From Harriotta raleighana (lineage: Eukaryota): a stretch of DNA of 64,000 nucleotides. The translations under genes and the position numbers were made by a program. Location of the stretch: the NCBI GenBank assembly GCA_050575255.1, contig JBNZDD010013686.1:3778801-3842800 (forward strand), written 5' to 3'. Every line of letters begins with the position of its first letter. Position 1 is the first letter of the stretch. This document shows positions 1-28,000 of the stretch, piece by piece. The notes under the pieces are model-generated. The model was not told where the DNA came from. It saw only the letters and a program-made list of their open reading frames with translations, and did no database searches.

Positions 1-653
1 CCGTCCTCCTCCCCCCAACTCCTTGGCGTAGGCGCAACGTAGAAACAGGTAGAAACGGTGCAACCTGCGAAGCGCTTCGAGCGTCCAGAAGAGGTGATCA
101 GGCTCTGGATCAAACGCGAGGATTATATTCTTACGATAACGATCGGGAGGCGGGTCGGTCGGTGGGTGGGCGGGGCCCACCATCCGGCTCCGTCTCTCCC
201 ATTGGCTGACCCGGATAATTGACGGGTCAGCGGCGCCCTGCGATTGGACCGTCCTCCACCTTTAGTCACGTGGCGAAAAGTCCCGCGGTGGGACTGCGTT
301 GCTCGCGACGACCAACAACAACAACAAGTTGCTGCAAAAACAGCAAGAATGTCCCGACCGCTCGTGGTCGGCCTCTCAGCGCCTTCTGAGGTTCTTGTGT
401 CGAACACCGTTGCACAAGGGGGAGCGAGTGAGACAGCTCCAGAGAACGGAGCTTCGCGCCTAGGCCTCCCATGACTCACTTCACCGACTGCGTCTGTCTT
501 GCCTGTCTGTCGGAGGGGGTTAAGTGTGCGCACGCGCGGATCGCTCGGTGTGACGCACGGGACGAGTGGGCGTGCGCGTGCGCACCGCTGACGTCTGCGC
601 GGAGTAGGAGGGAAGAGAGTCAAAGGGGAGGGGGGCGTGTAGCTTGCGGGTCT

Positions 654-702
654 GACTGACTGACCGACAGGCGGACAGATAGACAGACGGACGGCGGCGA
701 CG
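654..702 (+). repeat. Degenerate (GACN)n repeat with only (CGG)2 in the presumed FMR1 5' UTR
   Basis: gactgactgaccgacaggcggacagatagacagacggacggcggcgacg. Confidence 0.65.
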
Positions 703-835
703 CCGTTAAAACGGCGGGACTTTTTTTTGAAAGGAAATAACCCCTCGCCTTCCCCTGCTCCCTGCTCTCGCCGCGGTGGGAGTTTGGGGGGAAAAAAAAG
801 GACCCAGAGTGCACCGCAAACCGCTGTCAGCCAAG

Positions 836-17610
<16,775 letters not shown>

Positions 17611-18490
17611 AATGCAAACGTGTAGAGTGATGTTCTCAATTTTGTTTTTTTTGTTTTTAACCATACAAACCAGATGCTTACATGTCATTAGGAAAACCTT
17701 TTAGGCCAAAGACATAAACCCATTGTGCATAGTTGATGCACATTGTCCACTTCACCTCCTTTTGGTGGCAAGTGGAACATATGTGATGTAACATTTTTCA
17801 TTTCACTTAGAACTCTCTAAAAAAAAATTTAAGTATATTGTATGATCTGTGCCTTCAATATAACTTGCCAGAAGGGGATAACTTTACTATAGTTGCAGAA
17901 ATCAGGGAAGTTAAATGATCAGAAGACAGTAATGTATTATACATGTATGTAGATAAAAGTGTGGTTAAATATCGGGAAACTTTACAGAAGAATGCATGCT
18001 TTTCATGATTTTCCTTCTATATGCATCTAGCTGAACAGTAAAGGATCAGAAATCCTTGCACTGAAGTTTGTATGGCATTGTTTGACTAGTGAGGAGAACA
18101 CTTCCTTTACACCTCTGCATTTGATGCATAGGGTGAGCACAGAAAGAATGAAACAGTCTGTGTACTGTTTGAAAGGCATAAAATGTCCAAGACTGTTGCC
18201 AAACTGATGATTTGTAGTTATTTATTTTTGGGTATGTACAGTATTTGGGGAGGAGAATAGCTTTGTTTATGTACATGTCCACTGGGCTATTGTGTTAACT
18301 TAGTGTAGATGATTAACAAAGGTAGATTGACCTTACAGTACATGAATCTGCAACAGGGGCAATATTTTTCTCTGTACATAGTAGTGGAAACAAATAATTT
18401 GGTTTTATGTTGATATTGTTCGGTTGAAGTGCAATATATTTTGTATGCAAGCAGTTTCAATTAATAAAGTTTGATCTTCCTCTGCTGACT
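17611..18490 (+). other. FMR1: FMR1 3' UTR
   Basis: AT-rich sequence after the stop, ending in gcaatatattttgtatgcaagcagtttcaattAATAAAgtttgatcttcctctgc, which resembles the human FMR1 mRNA end as I recall it. The end coordinate is approximate. Confidence 0.75.
18463..18468 (+). terminator. FMR1 polyadenylation signal AATAAA
   Basis: Canonical hexamer inside a conserved-looking terminal block. Confidence 0.75.
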
Positions 18491-19689
18491 GTAGGACAAA
18501 AGTTGCTTTCTGTTAATTTAAGATCATTTATACAAAAAAAGGTACCAAACAAGGTTTTGGGGTTACTTGGAACAAATGCCAATATACTGTAGTATCATTT
18601 CACAATGCATTTTATTAAATGCTTACAAATTAGTTATGAAAGCAATACCAAGTATAAAGTATGAAAGTTGCACAAGTGAATACGTTTCTACATTTTTTGC
18701 AGTATCCCAAATTATTTCCCATGCTGTTGATGTTGCAAATGTTTACATAACATGCAACAGTGTGCACATCGTTGTGCACATTAAGTGTGCACATCGATGG
18801 AGAAGACATTTACACATAACTCAAATCATCAATGCTGCAGGTTTTATTTGCTTTCCAGAATGGGAAAGGCTTACATCTTTGGTTGGTGTGAAAGATCTGG
18901 GGGAAACTGGTGGTGTAAACTTGAAAAATGATACCCAGCTGTGCACACAACTCAAACTACATTGCAAATACACGAGTAAATTTTTCAATGGTGTATTTTT
19001 CTTTTAAACATACTTCTGCTTAATTTGCTAAAGGCTGTGATACAGATCTACAGATTCTAGTATGGAAAATAACCTATCCCAATTAGTCAATAGGCGATTC
19101 AACCATTACACTTCAGTCTGCTGTCATCTAGGCTATAATATAAAACATAAAACTTGTGCTCTCTCACGAGATATCAATCAGGAGTGACAAACTTTATTTT
19201 GCTCTTTCCTGGTGTGGATTGAAGCCAATTATAGTGTTTTAACCTGCTGACTTGGGTGCAGTCAGCCACTGCAACACATCGAACTTCGACCTGTTGTGAT
19301 TTCCTTGTTGCTGCTCCAGTTGACCTTTTATTTTTAGGCCACAATGATCACTGGAATGAAGTTTTAAGTGATTGCTGCAGGTACAACACTGAAACTTAAG
19401 TTTTGTGAACATATTCATAATGAACACTATTGTGAGTATATTGTACAACCATGCCTTCCCATATGTGTGTTCATTTGTTTCCTTGCATTATGATTAATAA
19501 TACTTGCATTTGATATAGCGCTTTTCACATCTTATCAATGTCTCATTATCTATTGCATCTGCACTTAGTGGTTGTTATGAAGAATGCCAGAGGCTGAGAT
19601 TGCTGTATTTTTCCATTCTACAAATTGAGGAAAAACAAACCAGAGGAAGGTAATTAAAATCCAACCTGTTTTTGCTTTAAATAAACCAA

Positions 19690-19950
19690 ACTAAAACAAA
19701 AGCTTACATTGGATAAAAAGGAAGATGTTCTCCAAGCAGTTCACAGGATTTACTGTCATTTGTAGATGATGTAGAGCAATGACCCAGAAACAGCGGTGAC
19801 TGACCAATTTTATCTGGGGAGTGATGGGGGTCATTGGCCAGGGCAGCAGTAGAAAATCGCTCCTCTTTTCATACCAGCACATGGGGGAGTCGTTGAAGTC
19901 CACTTGAAGAGGCGGGTGGGACCTCAGTATTGATGTCTCATCCAAAGGAA
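19690..19950 (-). mobile_element. Old Deu-domain SINE fragment (AmnSINE1/SacSINE1-like)
   Basis: The segment catgggggagtcgttgaagtccacttgaagaggcgggtgggacctcagtattgatgtctcatccaaagg resembles the reverse Deu core as recalled. A similar remnant lies at ~56770-56860. Confidence 0.55.
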
Positions 19951-19989
19951 ATTCAAGAATGTGGTGCACTCAAACGCGCAACCTTTGAG

Positions 19990-20250
19990 GCCTAATAATA
20001 ATCCCTCCCCCAAAAAAAATAACAAATTGGTCGTTTCAATCCACGACCGTTTGTGGGACACCCACCGCCATGCGCCCTCGGCTGCGCGTTTCACCCGCAA
20101 AACATGCCGTCCGATATCACTTCACGGTGTGTTTGGCGAAGCACTTTTTGAGACGTTTGGAAGACGTGCATTCGGAGGAACTACAATCGAATGCCAAGGT
20201 TGTTGTTCTTCTTATTTCGTCCACAAATATACGGTCAATTTTTCCTACTC
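19990..20250 (+). mobile_element. Diverged, CpG-rich copy of the SINE body
   Basis: Collinear with the SINE consensus (cctaataataatccctcc...aattggtc.tttcaatcca...tttgtgggac...gaagcactt...gagacgt...). Confidence 0.65.
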
Positions 20251-22024
20251 CNTGGCGAAGCACTTTTTGAGACGTCTGGAAGACGTGCATTCGGAGGAAC
20301 TACAATCGAATGCCAAGGTTGTTCTTCTTATTTCGTCCACAAATATACGGTCAATTTTTCCTACTCCNTTTGATTGATTTTTTGATTGATTGGTTATTCG
20401 AATTATTGTCATTTGACACGATCAGGGAGGGAGGGAGGGAGGGGAGGGGAGGGGGGGAGAGAGACCTTGGTCGCTTGGTGCTACATTGTTCACAAACAGC
20501 TGTTGGCTCTTGCTGGTTCTGGTCGCCCCCCCTGCCGTCACTGACTTTATTGTGAGCTCACGCCCCTTCAGTCCAAAGGCACAGTTGGGGAGGGAGGGAG
20601 AGTGTCATCGTCAGCCCTGATTTCCAACAGTTCAGGCTGCGGATAGAATTCCCATCTGAACNGGAGAGTGTCATCATCAGCCCTGATTTCCAACAGTTCA
20701 GGCTGCGGTTAGAATTCCCATCTGAACGTGGATCACAGTGGAAGTCGCTCCCAAGGTAAGGCACACAAATGTTGCCTTGCAGCAGTGAAGTGGGATATTT
20801 CACAACACTTTGATCCTTTCTTTTTATTTTCATTTTTACCCCCCCNTCCCCCCCCCTCCCCCACAAAAAAAAACACACACACTACACTTTACCGAGATGA
20901 AACCAGCAGATTTAAACCCAATGCTTTCTCAATTCTACCCATTTGAAACTGATTGAAAGTTCACTTGTAGCTCACATCAAGCAGGGGCTTTTAGGGATAG
21001 ACTAGATTTTTTTTTTTTGGGGGGGGGGGGAGGGGGATCAAGGTATATAATAAACATGCGAGGCGGTTGATTGCTGCCAATCAATCAATTAATTACAAGG
21101 AATTCATGTTAAACCAGGCGTTGCAGATCTGAGTTGATTCAATTGGGGGGAGAATTGGGAAGAGTTTCAACTGACTCCAGAGTCACAGATAAAGGGAAGA
21201 GTTTCCATTCATGCAGAAGGGGACAAAGCACAATTGAATGTCCTGTTGTGCTTTTTTGCCAGCAGTGAGGGACCCTAGCATTGGGAGTGTCGGTGGGACC
21301 CCCCATTTCCTCGACCACTCCTGTGGGGTGACAACACGAAAGAGTCAGGTACGTTCATCGACTTTACCAAGTTAAACCAGCTGGTTACTGATCTGCAGCA
21401 GCCATCCCAGTTGCTTGTTATTGCTGACCTCGCTTCAACTCGTCTCTTGCGTTTGCTTAACGTGAATTGATGAGATTGCTGAAGGGGCTGCACTGCTTGT
21501 CACGTTACATGTTTAGTTCCCCCTCCCCCCCCACCCAATTGAAAGTGTCTCTGTGCTCCCTTTCCTCCTGAAATCAACGTGTAAAAGTGCAATGCGACGA
21601 TGGCCTGAGATGGTGATGTAGTCATTCATCTGATTTGTATCTGGACTCTTCCAATCTATGCCGGATCCTTACTGAAGAACCGGAAAGAATGCAAATATTT
21701 GCACACGCAATTTTTGGGGGATAGTTTAGGGTGTTGGCTTCTGCCCTCTGGTAGGAATCTGCAACATTCATCCAGAACTTTGGGGTACACCTACATTGTA
21801 ATGACCATACCTCCAGTTTCTGAATATGCAGCATTTGTAGCACCTTCCAGTTTCCACTGTCGACTGTTCTGCTAAGATGGATGTATTTCATGTCCTATGC
21901 CTCATTATTGGTCATTCATCCAGAACTTTGGGGTACACCTACATTGTAATGACCATACCTCCAGTTTCTGAATATGCAGCATTTGTAGCACCTTCCAGTT
22001 TCCACTGTCGACTGTTCTGCTAAG

Positions 22025-22058
22025 ATGGATGTATTTCATGTCCTATGCCTCATTATTG
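22025..22058 (+). CDS. FMR1NB: FMR1NB-like first coding exon (hydrophobic, signal-like)
   Basis: aagATGG context with an upstream in-frame TAG; MDVFHVLCLII; donor G|GTGAGT; phase 1. Confidence 0.6.
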
Positions 22059-25000
22059 GTGAGTGAATCATCACCCAACTTTATACATACTTTGTGCACC
22101 GATTTATATTGTGTGGATATGATCTAATGAACTAAATACTCTGTTGATGGCCTACAAAACTCATCATCATTGAACTTAACTAAACATTGCATTTCAAAAT
22201 AGTTTGGACACATAAGCATGAAGCCTTTTCAATGTAAATCCTTCAGTGTATGAGGGATGGATGATTCTTTTCTGCCTTTGTAGATATTAGAGCTTTTCCT
22301 CACTTTGTAAAATGAAGTTGAGTTTAAAAAGTCAAAACTTTTTTTTAATACCCACATGTGAAGGTTTGAATTCTTGTAAAGAGCTTAGTGTTTGCATCCC
22401 TTTCATTAGGAATGGATATTTGATGGCTTCATCTGTGAAGACTTGGTTAATGTTGCTGTTGATTCAAGCCCTGTCCTGTAAGTATTTTAATCGTGACAAT
22501 TTTTTTTCTAATGATTTATAGAGACATCCAAAATTATATTGTATATAAACAGCATGAGATAACCATTAGCAAATGGTATAATCAGTTCCACGTGGAAGGC
22601 CACATACATTGAAGGCATGTATTATGGTTTCCTTTTTTTCCCCCTATTGTTTCACCGATTGAAAACTGTGCACAAAATCTCTGAGAAAACATTGACAGAT
22701 TGTATGTTCTCAGACAAGATGTATTAACTCAGCTTACTGCAAGTGGGCTGGTTGATATTGGGATCCTTAAACCATTTTAATCCTATTTTATATGATTATT
22801 ATTGTTTTTATCATCCGCTCTTTCGGTCATGTCGCTTGACAATTCTGAAAGAGGGCGGCCAATTGCTCTGCGGAAAGTTACATCTGTTCAGTCGGTCCAG
22901 GTTTGTTATTCAGGTGCTAACTTCAGTTCTGTGTGAGAGGTGAACAATTAAAGCAAGCTGTACACCTGATGAATGTATTCAGTGTGTTACCAGCTGTGCA
23001 ATGAATTAATCAAGTAACTAATCCATGTCATTTTCATTGGGGTTAGTTTGGAAAGCAGGTCACCAGATGTTTCAATTGTGAGGAAAGGTTATGTTCTTTT
23101 ACAAAGGTGACAGTCATTTTCACACTTCTAGACACTTTTTTGAAGACAGCATTTGTGAGTGGTGAGAATATTAACTTATCTCAAGGCTGTCCAGTAGAAC
23201 TCAGTTGTGAACTGAATACCTGTACAAGTGCTTGTTCAAGCTCGACTTTTGCAGTTTTTCAATGAAGGCAAAGAGAGGTGTTTGTCATTCTCTGGTAAAC
23301 GTAGTCAGCAAGGTCAGTGTTGGAAGGAGTAACTGATTTAATGGACCTCTTCTAACAAAATGCAATGAATCCTCATTATAATGCTGGAGTTTGGAAGCAT
23401 TCCAAATTCACCATTATGGTAAGGATGTGTTACAGCAGGGATCAATTTAACAATGGAGTGGGAAAATATTCTAAGCTCTTTTAATAGTGTTTAGTAGACG
23501 AGTGCAGAGTGCTACTGTTCACGTGATCCTGTTTAAGATAGGATTTAGAATATTTTTTAAGTGTGCTGATGTCCCTTGCGAATACTGTACTTGTGCCAAC
23601 CTTTCCAGCCTATGTGAGATTAATTTGCTTTAAATTGCAAGAGGTGATCAGAATGAAACACTGATTTTTGGAGTGTGCGAAAATGAAGTCGCATTGATTT
23701 GTGGTATGTTTTTAGACACAAGTCGCATATATTCCAAATTCATACTAAAATTAAATTCCCTTTTTCTCTCGCGCTTCATACTTCTCTTTCAAATTGTGGA
23801 TGTGAAGCATCCTCTCTAGATTTTTTTCAGATTTTTTTTCATAGAACCGCACAAATAATTATGCCGAGGGATTTTCTGTCTTATTTCATAGTTCAGTAAA
23901 AGCCCGTTTATCCGTGACTCGATCAACCGGAACTTCTGTATAAGCGATATGTCAAGAAAAAAAAGTCCCCATCTGATTAACCGGATTTTATCCAGCGCAA
24001 TAGCAGTGGCGCATTTACTGAATCGATTGTCGCATGAGAGTACCATACAGGTATTTTGGCTTGCCTCTAGTAGAGCATTAAAGTTGCGCTGCTGTTTTTT
24101 CCCTCGCGTGGCGTCCGCCAAGGCAGAAGTTAAGTATAAATAATACAATATTCTGTTATTACAGTATCTGTTATTACTGTAGTTAGTCTATTATTTATAT
24201 GGTGCAGTGTACAACATTTACAATAAAATATCCATATTCTCTTATTTTCTGTCATTATTTAGTCTATTATTAATTAGGTGTGTGTTAAAATAATTTATTT
24301 TAAATAAATTAAATTAAAATTAAAGCCGTTTAACCAGCACTGGCCAGGTCCCGTAGGTGCCGGATAAACAGGCTTTTACTGTACCAACGGTGTGCACCAG
24401 TGTTACACATTTTGGAACAAAGCTAAGTGCTAGCGAATCAAAAAGAGCAACCCATCTTCAACACAATCTGTGCTAATTCCCCAATAATATGTTTAGCAGT
24501 GCAGTAATATATTTATACACAATGAAGATATCAAGAAAACATACAAAAGCAACATAAACATGCATTTAAATGGCATCCCTCATGGGAGTAGTGTTTTGGA
24601 ACACTGGGTTATATGTGCACTGGGTTATATGCCACTTTTGACTGATGCTTGTTCTAAAACTGGTTGTCCAGGTCCTACTATGTCCAATCCAAACCACCAG
24701 CCACTTAAAGAGAGTACTTGGAGTTACAAAAGATTTGCCACAGGAAGAAACAAAGGAAATATCTTTAAAAGATTATTTTTTCCAACCAGTAAGTATGCTT
24801 TCAGTGACAGTAAAAAAAAAAGTATTGAAATTGTTCAGGAAAGGATAGATTTTTACTCATGTTATTGCAAGTCACTAGTTCCAGAATGTCAAAGTGTTTA
24901 AACTATCGCTGGTCAACAAATATCTCAAAAGGCAGATGGTAATTCTCAAACTGTCAACCTCAGACTTGCAGGAGAAAGGGCACATTCAAGTTTTATCTTT

Positions 25001-28000
25001 AACTGTGCCCCCCAACTCCCAACACGCACCCCCCAACACACACACGCATACACATATATAATGTGCACATACCCAATCCAACCATATGCATACAATGCCA
25101 AGTGTTTGAAAAGTGGAACATAAGAATAAGGAGCAGGAGTCGTCCATTCGGCCCTTTGAGCCTGCATCGTCATTCAATAAAATCATGGCTGATCTTCTAA
25201 TCTTAACTCACATCTGTCTGCCTGCCTTATTCCCATAGTCTGTTAATCCCTCTACCCATAAGAAATCTACCAACCTTAGTCTTGAATATGATCAAGGACA
25301 GAACATCTACAACCTTTTGGGGGTAGAGAATTCCATAACTTCACTACCCTCTGAGTGAAGAAGTGTTTCCTCACCTCTGTTCAAAAAGACTGATGCTTAA
25401 TCTTCAAACTGTGACCCCGTGTTATAGTTTCTCCTACCAGGGAAAACAGTCTCCCACTGTCTACTCTGTAGAAGCTACAGAGTAGGTAAACTTTAATTGT
25501 AGGTAAACTTTAATTGTTTGCCATACTTAATTTTTTTCCATAAATTCAGTTTTGTGCTTTTATCATAGGTCATTCTTGGTTGTTTTTCATACTGCTTCAG
25601 ATACTGCTGGCATTTTAATAAATGCAATCTGTATTTTTCTTCACATAGAGTGTAATCCTCATGAAAGGTATCCTGTAGCCTGTATATTTAAAAATGGAAA
25701 CAATGAGACCATTTGTGTGGAGAAAGGATGTTGTTTTGCTGATGAAACTGAGGTCTCGTGTTTCAAAGTATCAATAGACAGTAAGTTGGCTGGTGGAGTG
25801 TAGGTATGGGGAGTAATATATGTTTTATAGTTAAGCCAAACAACATTAAATCCATCATATGAATTCTTATATGAGAATCGCTCCATACATCATAACAAGA
25901 ATACATCAACTACTGGGTGAATTTTATTTACTAACAGGGTGGATAGCTGCACCAGTTGGGTGAACATGGGCTTTGGATGTTAAATGAATGAAGAACCCTT
26001 TTGATTACCCAGTTACTTACTCTGCATTGCCTGTAAGAGGGGATATGCCTTTTTGAATAANCGGTGTTGATCCATTACATTTGGACAGGAATCATTCACT
26101 TGTTCTCAAAACCATTCGCTGACTTAATTAGACATAACATCTAGCTTCTCATAGTGGGAAAAACATCAAAGCACAATCCTCTGTCAAATTGCNCCACTAC
26201 ATTTGGACAGGAATCATTCACTTGTTCCCAAAACCATTCGCTGACTTAATTAGACATAACATCAAGCTTCTCATAGTGGGAAAAACATCAAAGCACAATC
26301 CTCTGTCAAATTGCATTATAAAGTCATGGGAGCCATTGCAAGGCATGTTTAACTGGATGATTTTTTTTTACTGACAGAACCTAAACAAATATTGAATATT
26401 ATTGGAATCGGAGGAGGGCTGCTCCTTTCTGTAGCACTTTGTCCATTTATATGTTGCCTAATAATACAGTCTAGGTAAGCAAGTTCATTCTAATTCTGAA
26501 AACAATATTCTATTGCGTTTATAATACTTTTGTTGTAACTGAAGAGTCCCGAATGAATTTCACAAAAATGTGCTCAGTAACCACCTTAATCCAATGTAAG
26601 TTGTTCTATTGTGATACAACTATATTATATTGTGACTGAAAAGCAGCTGAGAATCCATAGCTTCAATGCTATGTGAAATTGCTGTGGTGGCCTTGTATTG
26701 AAAAAAACAATAGCAGTTTAATCATGCCACCCAGCCAAATAAAGCCAAGTAGAGTCCTGTAGCTCAGTAGTTAGAGCACTCACCTTGCAAGCAAGAGATC
26801 TGGATTTGATTCCTGGCAGGGCGAAACCTTGGACAAATTTCCTTAGCACACACCTGATAATAATAATCCCTCAAGAAAGAAAACAATAATAATTTGGTCA
26901 TTCAATCCATGACTGCTTGTGGGAACACTGCTGTGCGCAATTGGCTGTAGTGTTTCGCCCACAAATCTACAGTCAATTCACTTTACAGTATATTCCGTGA
27001 AGCGCTTTGAATCAGACAGAAGACATGAAAAGCGTGATAGCGCATGCAAGGATTACATTTCCTTATTGGGGGTTTTCGGGCATTGTGTGTAGCTTTGGAC
27101 TAGTCTCTTTTGGCTGACTCTTTGAGGAAGAGTCTCGCCCACTCTGCAACTCTCCACATCAGAATGTCTGAGTGTGAATCACCAGTAGGTGGGGCTTTCC
27201 TAATGCCATTTGTTAATTTCCTCATTTTGCTGAATTGTGTTTTTTGCAATTTGTCATCTGATCAATTGAACATCATTCATTCCTAACGCAGCAAGCTTAA
27301 CCCTCTTCGGCGAAAACGCACAGCCCCAGTAAAGGACAAAGATAAAAATGATAAAAGATATAGTAAATCGAAGCGAAAGAAGAATAAGAAAAAAAGTAGA
27401 GGTATTTACCACAAATCAGTCTAATTATGGACCTAGTATTGTGAAGTATTATATAGTAATGTGCTAACTTGGGACGTATTCAAGTTTTTGACTATGGACT
27501 AAGTAAGATGAAGAATAGTGCTGCGATCTGATGCAAGCATTATACACCTGGACAATAAATAGGAGAGACCATTTGTTAAGGAATGGGGAAATGTTAGGCC
27601 ACATCATTTGACATATCAGTTTTTTTTTTAAATGATTCACTGGGTAAAATATATAATTGACTGTAGTTTGTTTTAGCAAAGTTTAAAATGTTTCTGTTGG
27701 GAATGATTCATATAATTATGCTGGCTATTTTCATCTGGTGATGCATGCCATATGAAAGGGCAAAATTACCTTTGTAGATTCTGTGGATGGAATCACTTGT
27801 ATGGTATGTCAGCCCCTTCACATTGTGCTTTGTCATGTAACACTTTAGAATTTGTTAGGGACGCATCACTGGCACTTCAATTAGTGAGATTTCCAAATCT
27901 CATTCTGTTTGTCTTGGAAATCCTGATATTATTGTTTGATCACAGGTGTTTGCCCATAAAACATGCAGTCATTGCAATTTGAGAAATCCTCCAAACATGA

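Noticed and set aside
415-465. Resemblance to RNase P RNA (CCAGAGAACGG..GCT..CGCGC)
   Set aside because: No CR-I or CR-V (P4 pseudoknot) motifs nearby, so it is not called as RPPH1
18567-19007. 146-aa ORF downstream of the FMR1 poly(A) signal, including three TGTGCACA palindromes
   Set aside because: Non-ATG start, no domain signature and no supporting splice structure
26752-26825. tRNA-like sequences here and at ~2690-2760 and ~59550-59625
   Set aside because: Each runs directly into the SINE body and tail and lacks an intact cloverleaf, so they are SINE heads and not tRNA genes
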